A DNA stretch of 64,000 nucleotides from Rhynchobatus australiae (Eukaryota): NCBI GenBank assembly GCA_034780895.1, contig JAUZTB010000127.1, positions 57,703,908 to 57,767,907 on the forward strand. The letters are read 5' to 3'. Below, piece by piece: positions 52,897 to 64,000 of this stretch. Both the position numbers and the translations under genes were made by a program. The notes beneath the pieces were generated by a model. That model was not told the origin of the DNA. It was given only the letters and a program-made list of their open reading frames with translations, and searched no databases. Every line of letters begins with the position of its first letter. The first letter of the stretch is position 1.

Positions 52897-55785
52897 TCCA
52901 ATTTCCTCGATAGATGCTGCCTGACCGGCTGAGTTCCTCCAGCATTTTGTGTGTTGCTCCAGATTTCTAGCATCTGTAGTCTTTGTGTCTTATGTTTACA
53001 TTTATGTGGAACTTTTCATGATCTCACACCACCCTAGTGCTTTAAAGCCAATAAGAAACAATTGACAGCAAGCAATTAACTCAGCCAAGCCATTTGTAAA
53101 CAATGATAACACTTTCAGGATTAACCTTTAACCTACTTTCTATTTTAGCTTTCTTGTGCAAACAACAGTTATAATTTTTGATGTTATAATCTACACACAC
53201 ATTTGAAGTTAAAACCATGGTAAAGAATTGTATATCAGGTTGCATAGAATACCTTCACCTGCAAGATGTTGGTTAAAATGATACGGTTTGAGAATTGAAA
53301 TTTCTGTCACTTAAGATGGCAGAAACCAAATGTCAAAGATTGAGTTCTCTCGAGCACCACTGGTCACAGACTCAAAGTAACCACTGGATAACAATGGGAA
53401 TTCACCCTAGGAAAAGTCAAGTTTAGGTGAAAGCAGAGACAATGATCTTTCCAGATTCTCCAAAATAGATGAAAATCCTCAATGATTTAATTTTTCTGCC
53501 ACAACATTAATTTACTTATACAGATGGTATTTCCAGATCTAACACTAGGCATTATTCCATAATCTGTTTAAATAAAATTTTAAGCCAACAATGTCCTATA
53601 AAACTGCAATGAACCAACTCTTGTAAGACTAAACAATAAAGCAAATTAGAAATGTGTCCATTGCCTACAAGTTTCTGTAAACTCAATTGAAAACCTGAAT
53701 CCACTTCCTCAATCTGTTGAAAAGTTTTCAATTCAGTGTTATTAAAATTTAAGTACAAAATCCTAAACTGATGCACTTAATATTAAGGCAAATTGCTTTC
53801 GGCAGGACAAAGGGATGCAACAAACCAACAAACACCACCTCAAAGTGTGTGATGCAGATACTGGACAATACAGATGCAAAAAATTGTTTTGTATCAATTG
53901 TTCAAATTTCATTGCACAACTCAATGACTCACAGATCCAAATTAGTGCTCCACCTACTGATTCATACTGTAGTATTACATCCCAAAATAATTCAAATGTA
54001 CAACTGCCACTCCAGCAATAATCCTCGCAGCACACCAGTAGACACGGTCTCCCCTCCTTAAAATGACCTGTGCATTCCTACTCTATTTTCTGTTCATTAA
54101 CCAATCCTCAATCTATGCCAATGTATTGGCCCTCATATGGCACTCANNNAATTTTGTTTAGTCAAATGTCACAAGCTGTATTCCCCAGTGGAAAATGTCT
54201 GAATGGTACTGCATTTCCATTGATGAAGATAGCTTGTAACACTTGTCAGTAGTTACTCAGCAAATTTGACACAATGTTGTAAAAATTATCTTAGAACAGA
54301 GAATTTCTCATAACCAAACTGGCCTCTTCATTAACTAACAAAGTTAAACATAAAACCGTTAAAATTTAGTAAAACAGTTATTTCCAAACACTATTGTAAA
54401 CTATTGTGCTAAAACTGTCTAAAATCAAAAAAGTGTTTATTGATTTGAATTCCTGATCAACAATCCCATCATAAACAGTGTTCTATCAAATGACAATGCT
54501 TAAAATATCGCCTTAACATTTAGAATTTTCAGAATGAATTTCCAAAGATATTTTTGAAGCAAGAAATATTGAGGAACTGCACAATTGCATATTTTATAAA
54601 TGCATGCTGCTTATCTGCTATTTGAATTGAACTGAAAAACTGTACATCTCGTGAATAAAAAAATATTTTAATTTGTCAGAAAAACATTTTGTTTAAGATT
54701 CAATGGAATAATGTGGCTGTTGTATGAATTCATGACAAATCGGTTCAAATATTCATATTTAATTCAAATATAAAAATTCTCAAGCTATTAACCATTCACA
54801 ATAGAATGCCATCTTTTGCTGTGTACTTAAACAACTCAGGAGTACATCAGAAGCATTTTGCAAAAATGTTATCCCTTTGGTAAACTCTGCAATGAAAAGC
54901 TGCCAATGCAGTTAAGGCCTTTTTAAGGAGGAAATTACAGCTCCAGTGACAATGATCTGAAACCTGCTGTAATTTTTGAATATTTAAGGAGTTTTGCAGC
55001 AATATAATTTCTGCATCCATTAGCTGTGCAAGTTATTTCACAGGCAGTAGAAGTAATTAAAATTTTTCAAGGAATACATTCTTACAATAAGAAATAAAAT
55101 ATTCCAAGGAATATTGCTTACTAATTCAAACTGCAATCATGTCACTGCTATGCTTGTTAATGTGCAAATTTGTAGTTTGCTGCTAATGAACCATACCAAG
55201 TCCAATATATATTTTGTCCATTAAATCTAGATCTGCTACATCATAATAGCTGAGAACAAAGTACCAAAAATTTTCTTTTCAAATAATTCATGAGTCCATA
55301 TATTCTAAAAACATATTCAAAGCTTAATGAACATATCTAACTCTGTAAGGACCAAGTTAAAATAGCTGACTAGATTTGTATCCAGTGTATTGTAAATATC
55401 TACAAACATGTTTTTTCAAAGCCTTCATTAAATTCAAGTTTGTGGGAGATAGTATACACAAAATATTGCAATATGTTAAATACTGTTTTTGCTTGTGTTT
55501 AAAATGGGCTAGAATTTGTTGCTAACCACTTGCTATCCACAGAAATGGAAAGCCACAACTTCTGGGATAACCTCATGTTGACCTGCTGGTGAGCACTGTG
55601 CTGATCCAAAATGGCAAGCTCAGGCATGGCAACGTGATCTTGTACAACTTAATGCCAATACATGTGTTGCTCTGAAAAGCCTAACAATGAAATAACTGAA
55701 AACATTGACAGCTGGCTAAACAATACCTCAAAGCTTTGCTTACTGTCAAAACTGCCAGAGACTTCCAAATACTTCTGAATGGCCT

Positions 55786-55893
55786 GACATCATAACCATT
55801 CATAAACTATTAATAATATCACTTAAAAATTCCTAATTCAGATATCATAACCATTCATAAACTATTAATAATATCACTTAAAAATTCATAATT
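55786..55893. repeat. 55-bp tandem duplication
   Basis: ga(c/t)atcataaccattcataaactattaataatatcacttaaaaattc(c/a)taatt occurs twice with 2 mismatches. Confidence 0.9.
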
Positions 55894-58494
55894 ACTTGCA
55901 GCTGTTTCTTTCCATTCAAATGAAATAGACGATGTTCCTCTGCAAATCCAATGGGCAGTAATGATAACTAGAGAACAGCAGGAAGTTAGTATAGCACTGC
56001 TGGACTCCATGTGTCAGGAACCCCAACTCCCTGGCACACACTGTGGGAGGAAAATGCTGGCTTTTCAGTGCTGGCATTTCCCATTAAATTCTAGCTAAAT
56101 ATTTCAATGGCCATTTCTTATGTATCATAATGATCCAACAATTAACCCTCATGATCATTAAACATGTATCAAACTTTTTTTTTTACTTGGCAATAATGGC
56201 TTTGTCAAAGACACATATTTCACTGAAGAGTGAATTTACAGCTGGAAATATGAGATGTTAAAAAGTTTACAGGTGTGATTTTATTTTAGAAAACACAGTA
56301 CCCCCTCCAGGACTGGAAAACAACAACTCTTGGTTAGTGCTTCCTCACTGTACTGCCATAGAGCCTGCTGCTCTCTGGACCATGGGCTCTTTGGGTCACC
56401 AAGACTGGCACAGGACATCTTGACCAGGCAAATTCAGGCGTGAGGATTCCCAATCAACAAAATCCGGCCCAATTTCTGAAGACAATGGTACATAATTATT
56501 TAACACTTGTGTGCATGTGAATAATAAAAACACCTTTTGAATGCAACTTCCAGAGACACCACAAAGTAAGACATTCTTGCTACAAGTAAAACAAAGATAA
56601 TCCATTTTCACACCCAATACACTACACTTTTTTTGGACTACATTTGAAATCTGCCTCCCCCAAAAAACCCAAGTTAGTTTACAAAGTATTTTCCTCATCA
56701 TACTATGCAGTATTTTTGGAGAGAGGAAAACAGAGTTAATGCCACAAGTCACTGAGCGTCCACTGATTCAAAACATGAATTGTTTCTCTCTACACAGAAG
56801 CAGCCTAACTTGCTGACGATTTCCAGGATCAACAGTACTGTGTTTGTATTAAAGCTAAATTACTTATATTTCCAATTCTGCTTGTTTTTTGTTCATTCAA
56901 ATCTTCAAATAATTTTTGTTGATTTATATGGTGATAACGAGATATACAAGATTTTGAATGGGCTGAATGCTAAAAGGAGGCTTCTGCCTCGTTGGGGAAG
57001 GGTTGATGACAAGGATAAAAATAACAGGATAAAGGATCTCTCACTGAAGACTGAATCAAGGAAGAATTTCTTCTTGGAGAGCTGTGAATCTTTGGAAGCC
57101 ACCAAGCCACACAGATGTTTGTAAGGATCACAGGGTGATGCATATAACTTCTGCACTTCTATCCCCACAGTGATTTTGTTTGAATCATAACCATAAAAGC
57201 ATAGCTACACAAAGTAAAATCATGGATGCCCTATCAGCATTAACAATCAAATCTTCATAACCCCTTTCACTGCTGTTTAGTACAACTTATTTATTCCTGA
57301 GGTAAATCCTTGTCCTCTAACTCAAAAATATAAATTGTTTAAACAAGCTATGATCCAATAGGTATGTGATGAGAGAAACATTTTGATCCTTTTTCCTTTG
57401 TAAATCTGAGTTTGTTGGCCTGGATTTTGCTGACATTTCTTAGTCAACTCTGCAACACCAATCAGAATGCAGCCACAATGACAATATTAAAGATTACTCA
57501 ATTAAAAAAATAATACCCACCAATCCATTCCCATTGCCAATGGTCATCTTAAATTTATCAGCTTTCAACGTGATTCAACCTGAAAAATTAAGGCAGCACA
57601 TTGACAAACTACAGTGCATAATTAAGAGGTTTGGATTTAGGGCACATTAAGGTGGAATTAATGTAAAAAGTATCTTGGCTCTAACCCTACTTCATACCTG
57701 ATCTAGAAATGCTCAATACAAACTACAACCAAACAATGAAAATATTCAATTCCACATCATCTTGAATGCCAGGCCTCCACCAATACCCCTACCACCACCA
57801 TATATTAATCAAATAATAAAATGTGTGACAACGCTTAATCCCACATTACCTTAATAAACAGTCAACATTTGCAAGGAAGAATTTTAACTGCTAACACACA
57901 ATTAACACGTGTTTATGGGGGCAGTAAAGAAATGCTATCAGGGAATGATGACCTAAATTTTCCCAGCTAAGGACCATTGCCCACATTCACCAGTCACATC
58001 TATTTCCCCTGAATTTACCTTCTCCAGATCTCCAAGTCGATCTTGCGGGTTCATACCATCCCCAAACAGCAGCAGCAATGCCACAATTGATAAAATGGGA
58101 TGGCATGGCGGAACAGGAAAAGCCACATCCATGAACCACTTCTGAAAATCTTTCACAGCTAAAGCACATTTCAGCTCTGTTCTATCAAGGCTATCAAAGC
58201 TTTCCAATCATATGTGCAAAACCTATCAACATAAAAAAAATTCAAATGACAGTAAGTGACCCCTCAAACTTGCTCCTCCATTCAATGAGTTCATGGATAA
58301 CTTGATATGTGAACTCAGTTCAATTTTCTTCACTTGTCACCATGACTGTTTATTTCCCTATTTCCAAAAATCTATCTGGGCCTCGAATATACTTAATAAC
58401 TCACCATCCTTGGCTCCCTGCAATACAGAATTTCAATGATTCAAACCCTTAAGAAATTTTCCTCACCCCCCCCCAGTCACGAATAAAAGACTAT

Positions 58495-59089
58495 TGTTAA
58501 ATACCAGCAACAACAGAAACACACTGAGACATGTATAAGTGTNNNNNNNNNNNNNNNNNNNNNNNNNNNNNNNNNNNNNNNNNNNNNNNNNNNNNNNNNN
58601 NNNNNNNNNNNNNNNNNNNNNNNNNNNNNNNNNNNNNNNNNNAGATGCAGAGAGATAATAGAGAGTATCGTGGCCATCCACACCAACTACCTGTTTCCTT
58701 CTACAGGTCAACAACCAAGCGAACTCCACTTCTTCATCTCAATGTGTCTGCCATACTCTAGAGCATCCGTGCCATGGCCGTTCACACCAACTACCTGTTT
58801 TCTTCCACAGGTTACTGACAAAGTGAACTCCACCAGATAACTCTCAACAATCCATATGTGGATTGCAGTGACAGTGACAGTTATTGTTTCTCATCCATTG
58901 ACAGAGAAAACAAGCAGGCTGGTGTTTCTCTCTCTCTTTGTTCTTCTGTCTCTCTCTCTCTCCTTCAGACTGACTCTGACTGGTTGTTTCGACAACAACG
59001 TCATGACGTTCTTTATCTTCTATTGACGTAAGCATGCCACACACACGCAATCTAAAAGGGACACTCACTAATAATCCTAGTCCGTAACA
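58495..59089 (-). mobile_element. Solo LTR
   Basis: TGTTA...TAACA termini with a perfect 4-bp TSD CTAT (58491-58494 and 59090-59093). Internal duplication of about 58 bp (58672 and 58776). Orientation is inferred. Confidence 0.8.
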
Positions 59090-60111
59090 CTATTACCCTG
59101 TTGTTTTGGTCCATCAAATTACCCCTTACAGGGAAACCTCATTATATTTATTTTGTCAAGTCAACTCAATTTTATTTTAGTTTTCAGAATCACCAAATAA
59201 ACCAACAAAATCACAAAGACACTTCTGAAAACTTCAAATAATTTAAAAAACATTCTTTACACAAGAAATACCGCAGCTGCCAGAAATGCTCAATAAGTTA
59301 GGCTACTTCTGTGGAAATAGAAATACAGTTAACATTTCAAGTTAAGGACCATCCCACCACCCAAAATATTAACTCATAACTCTCTATAGATGTTCCATCA
59401 CATCCTGAGGATTTCTACAATTTTCTGTGTTTATGTCCACAAGAATCACACAATGCCCATTCCATTGAATAGCCTTTTGAATCCTGCAGCAGATTTAACC
59501 TGGCACATGATCCAAGAGCAGACTCCCAGCAGTGTTAAGACTGGGGCTTCTGCATTTGCTCATGTGTTTTTAAACTTAGAAGCATTTGGACTAAGAAATG
59601 TCAACAAATTCCAGGCCAACAAACTCAGATTTACAAAGGAAAAGGGATTAAAATGTTTCTCTCATCACATACCGATTGGATCATAGTTTGTTTAAACAAT
59701 GTATATTTTTGAGTTAATGAAGACAAGGATTTACCTCAAGAATAAATAAGTTATACTAAACAGCAATGAAAGGGGTTATGAAGATAGTTCTTGATAAGAA
59801 AACATACAAAACATTTAAAATGCAGGTTTGAGCAACTTTTCAATCACAGCTGCAACAAACAGTGATAAACATGGGCAATAAATAATGCTTCACAATTTTA
59901 TCATAATCCAAATGCATGCCCCTCTTAATAAAACTTGCAATGCACAAAGGCCAATTATTTCAAATTGGTCAAATTCATCCAATTATTTTATATATTATAT
60001 TACATGTATATATAAACAGCTGGAGTATTTGAATAAATTCCAACTGATATTAGTCAATAAGCCGATAATGTACTGTTCCAAGAATAAATGAAACTAATCA
60101 GCAGTACTCAC

Positions 60112-60132
60112 CGACACTTTGCTTCCAGTTAT
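60112..60132 (-). CDS. DIAPH2: 21-nt coding microexon (ITGSKVS, phase 0/0), probably the alternative 7-aa insert of the formin DIAPH2 N-terminal GTPase-binding region
   Basis: Minus strand reads ...actgcattaaccactgcattcag|ATAACTGGAAGCAAAGTGTCG|gtgagtact, with a canonical CAG acceptor, a consensus GTGAGT donor and length divisible by 3. The peptide resembles the recalled mammalian DIAPH2 insert IVGSKV(T/L) between ...ATAKS and GGLKNSK... The exon is well supported; the gene name rests on recall. Confidence 0.7.
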
Positions 60133-60220
60133 CTGAATGCAGTGGTTAATGCAGTGTAAATTAATATTGTTGGGAGAGGCAAAAAAAAATTAACAAAACA
60201 GCAACATTATTAGTGAGCAC
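60133..60220 (-). promoter_or_regulatory. Microexon 3' splice region: distal branch point, polypyrimidine tract and UGC enhancer motifs
   Basis: On the minus strand: CACTAAT (around 60209-60215), then TTTTTTTTTGCCTCTCCC, then two TGC motifs within about 20 nt of the AG. No other AG occurs for about 85 nt upstream of the acceptor. Confidence 0.65.
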
Positions 60221-61699
60221 AGCTTTTTGATGCTTAACCATAATGCAGTTTAGTTACAGTATTAGTAATACATTTCAGCCCTGAACAAGATTTTCATGCT
60301 GATCTGATTTAGAAAATATTAAAAACAATATCTTAACTATTTTCTTTGCACTTTCAGCAGGTTTCACAGTGAAATATTACCAATTTTCATGCATATACAA
60401 GGCAAATTATTGGTTCAGAAATTTAATCCCAGCAAAAAACATTACATACAATCCCAATATTGAAAACATATGACACTCATCTCACATGTCTCCTCCACGC
60501 CAAATTGTTCATTGAACACCACTTAGAATTAATAAGTGATGAAGTCACTTCCAGAAAAACCTTGTTATATCACATAGCCCCTTTTTTTTAAGCAAAGTGC
60601 GCTTATCATGCACCAAACCCAAAACAAACTCAGCTTTAGTGGCCCAGAAAATGAATCTGAAATGAACAGTATATGTAAAACATTAACAGGAACAGCCAAT
60701 ATCTCAAATTTTAGTGATTTTTTCAATTGTTATATTTGCTTTACAGTTGTTTATTATGCAAATACTTTATTGCATGTTTGCTTTTTTAAATATGGTTGCA
60801 TGCACTTCTATTTAATTACTGGTTTTGTTGCATTTATTGCATCAAAAATAAAGTCAGCTGCTTTAGTTTATCCTTTTTTTGTTGCTCATTACTGCCAATC
60901 TGACTTCACTAATAGCAGTTTGTGGCTGACAAATTAACTTAGCTTGTTTACTTTATAAAGTTTACTTTATGAAGGTTTTAAATATGACATGGAAGTCAAA
61001 AATAGCCTGGGCTATGTGAAACAGGAAACCGGAGACCATCTGAAATGTTTACCNNNNNNNNNNNNNNNNNNNNNNNNNNNNNNNNNNNNNNNNNNNNNNN
61101 NNNNNNNNNNNNNNNNNNNNNNNNNNNNNNNNNNNNNNNNNNNNNNNNNNNNNGAGACCATCTGAAATGTTTACCAAACCTGGGTTAATACCAAATATCA
61201 TTGGTGAGCTGAATCACACTGGCAGCTATCCTGCAATTCTTCCGGGAACTAGCTGTACTGCATGTATCAGTGTGTTCTGCACTTCTATGCTCACACGTGG
61301 TTGTAAAGGAGTATGGAATTCCAACTGAACTTAATTTTATTTTAATTACATGTTATCAATTAACAGTTGCTAAGTGATTTTAAATATTTAATTTTTGTTT
61401 GAATTGTTTTAAATCAATTTTACAAGATTTCATGAATTGTCGAAGGCCTCAATGGGTCCATTCCTTGAGCTAGCAGCAGAACAGAGACCAAGGTCATGGA
61501 GAGCTATAGATTTAAAGGTCTCATATGGAAGGATAGCACAGGAAGTGGGTCAGACTGAGCATGATTTGGCTCATAATTTTGTGGCATACTGAAGCAGCAT
61601 ACAACTTATCCATTTTGCTTTAAGTTATACAGTGATTTCCAGAGGAAAGCAGAATGACTTTACCTTTTATTGCTAGGTATTAGAAATGGCACTATTCCT

Positions 61700-64000
61700 C
61701 CAGAGAATAGCACGGTAAGGCTAGTGGGAGATTTCAATTTTCCTGGTATCAACTGGGCCACCCAGAGTGCCAAGGGCCTGGATGGGGAGGAATTTATGCA
61801 GTGCATCTGAGATTGTTTCCTCACACAATATATTGAGGAACCTACTTGAGAAGGAGCAATACTGGACCTCCTCTGAGGGCACGCGGCAGGCCAAGTAACT
61901 GAAGTGGCAGTTGGGAAGCGCTTTGGACCCAGCGACCACAGTTCTATCAGTTTTAAAATAGTTATGGAAAAATATAGAACTGGTCCACAGGTTAAAATCC
62001 TGAACTGGAGCAGAGTCAACTTTGAGGACATTAGGCAGGGGTCGACTGGGTGACTTTCTTTAAAGGCAAAGGAACAGTTGTCAAGTGGGGAGCTTTTAAA
62101 AGGGTCATATCAAGAGTCCAGGGACAGCACGTTCCTGTTAGGGTGAAGGGTAGACAGACCAAGTTTAGGGAACCCTGTCTGATGAGAGATATTGAGGCTC
62201 TGGCCAGGAAAGAGGAAGCGCACATCACATTTAGGGAGCTGGGTACAAACGAGTCCCTTGACAGATATAAAAAGTTTAACACCAGGCTTAAGAGGAAAAT
62301 CAGGAGGGCAAAAAGAAGCTATGCGATGGATTGGCAGGCAGGGTTAAAACCCAATCCTAGGAGAGTCTTCAGTTATATTAAGTCAAAGGGTGACCAGGGA
62401 GAGACTAAAAGACCATCAGGGCTGTCTACACATGGAGCCACCAGGGGATGGCCAAGATTTTTAGTGTCTATTTCTCCTCGGCGTTTACTAAGGAGAATAT
62501 CACAAGATACCAGAGAAATGGGGGTAATAAGTCGTGAGGTCTTGGATCATATGCGTATTATGAAGAAAAATGTATTTGCATTCTTGAAGCGCATGAAGGT
62601 GGGCAAATCCCCAGGGCCTGACTAAGTGCACTCCCTGACCTTATGGGAGGCCAGGGAAGAAATCGCAGAGGCTCTTGTAGAGATAGCTGCTTCATCGTTA
62701 GCCACTGGTGAAGTTCTTGAAGATGGGTGGGTGGCTAATGTTCCTTTGTTCAAGAAGGGTAGGAAGGACAGGTCAGCAAACTACAGACCAGAGAATCTGA
62801 CTTCAATTATAGAGAAGTTGTGGAGGGAATTCTGAGGGACAAGATCCACCATCACTTGGATGGTCAAGGCCTTATCTGGAATAGTCAGCATGGTTTTGTG
62901 TGTGGGAGGTCACGTCTAACAAATCTTTGAAATTTTCGAAGAGGTAATTAAGGGGCTAGATAAAGGTAGGGCAGTGGATGTTGTCTACATGGATTTTAGT
63001 ATAGACTTTCATAAGGCCTTTGACACTGTCCCACATGGCAGGTTGATCTGGAAGATGAGGTCACATGGGATTCAGGGGGCGGTAGCAAGGTGGATTCAGA
63101 ATTGGCTCAATGATGGGAAGCGGAGTGATAGTTGAAGGTTGATTTTTTGACTGGAGGCCTGTGCCAAGCAGTGTGCCCCAGGGGTCAGTGTTGGGACCTC
63201 AATCATTCATTATTTATGTAAATGATTTGGATATGAACATACATCGTACGATTAGCAATTTTGCTGATGATACTAAATTTGGGGATCTTGTTGATAGTGA
63301 AGCAGCTTACAATGAATTGCAAAGATCAGTTTGCAATTCCCTTTATCAGTTAGGGAGATGGGTTGAGGAATGGCAAATGGATTTCAACTGAGCTAAGTGT
63401 GAGGTGATGCATTTTGGACAGTCAAACCAGGGTAGAATTTGTACAATGAATGGCAGGGCACCGACAAGTGTTGTGGAACAGAGGGAGCTGGGAGTACAAG
63501 TACACAGTTTGCTGAAAGCCACCATGCAAGTTGACAGGGTGGTGAAGAAGGCTTTTAATATGCTGGCCTTCATCAGTCAGAGCATCAAGTTTAGGAGCAG
63601 GAACATTACGTTGCAGTTATACAAGTTGTTGGTGAGGCCGCACTTGGAGTATTGTGTACAGTTTTGGTCACCGTGTTACAGGAAAGACACTGTCAAGCTG
63701 AAGGGGGTGCAGAACAGATTTACGAGTATACTGCCTGGACTGGAGGGCCTCAGTTAAAGGGAGAGGTTGACTATGCTGGATCATTTTTCCTTGGAACATA
63801 GGAAAATGAGGGGTGACCTCAGAGAAGTTTATAAAATCATGAGGGGTATGAATAAGGTGGACGGTCAGTCTTTTCCCCGGGGTTGGGGAGCCCATAATTA
63901 GAGGTCACAGATACAAGACAAAAGGGTAGAGATATAAGAGACCTGAGAGGTAACTTCTTTAACAGAGAGTGGTGAGTACCTGGAATGAGCTGCCAGAGGA
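61700..64000 (+). mobile_element. CR1 LINE ORF2 (endonuclease C-terminal part and RT), pseudogenised, runs off the window
   Basis: VGDFNFP, SDHS, KSPGPD, NYRP, YMDFS, VPQGSVLGP, NFADDTK and LYKLLVRPHLEYCVQFWSP, with multiple stops and frameshifts. Confidence 0.95.

Larger units (their letters stand above)
52115..52990 (+). mobile_element. 5'-truncated Penelope-like element (GIY-YIG start and terminal repeat)
   Basis: TCPYTSSLITIQGPKQSFQARQHFTCESISVIYCI, with a hammerhead motif at 52859-52896. Confidence 0.8.

Noticed and set aside
53248-53300. Possible 6-nt minus-strand microexon (ttgcag|GTGAAG|gtattc)
   Set aside because: Weak donor and polypyrimidine tract; such matches are expected by chance.
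55543-55588. Plus-strand 46-nt exon-like cassette (gctaac...tatccacag|...|gtgagc; EMESHNFWDNLMLTCW)
   Set aside because: It is on the opposite strand to the inferred host gene, has no partner exons and the peptide is not recognised. An antisense transcript cannot be excluded.
57953-58207. 84-aa minus-strand ORF near an acceptor-like site
   Set aside because: All three frames from the acceptor hit stops, there is no clear donor and no recognisable domain.
61032-61175. gagaccatctgaaatgtttacc repeated
   Set aside because: It flanks a 100-N gap; assembly overlap artefact.

Overview
This is eukaryotic, AT-rich, repeat-dense DNA from a gappy assembly with many N runs. The repeat families (HER1/CR1-type LINEs, V-SINE-like elements, Rex1/Babar, RTE, Penelope) point to a cartilaginous fish, probably a ray or relative; this is an inference. 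No multi-exon coding run is visible. The window reads as the inside of very large introns of a minus-strand gene. The one well-supported host exon is a 21-nt, frame-preserving microexon at 60112-60132 (-) encoding ITGSKVS. It resembles the 7-aa alternative insert IVGSKV(T/L) of the formin DIAPH2 (recalled, not searched) and has the cis-architecture of SRRM3/4-type neural microexons. The rest is a record of old transposons. There is a complete but inactivated Gypsy/Ty3 LTR retrotransposon (14930-18882) with an ACCT target-site duplication (TSD), a tRNA-Trp primer-binding site and a -1 frameshift signal. There are also two solo LTRs, Penelope-like elements with minimal hammerhead ribozyme motifs (one two-ribozyme unit is nested in a Penelope RT), many CR1, Rex1, RTE and L1 fragments, and a Tigger/pogo remnant. 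I cannot establish a wholly new biological system from this sequence. The best leads are the microexon, the ribozyme-bearing insert and a candidate splice-site/hairpin element near 10.1 kb. Boundaries of degraded repeats are approximate.
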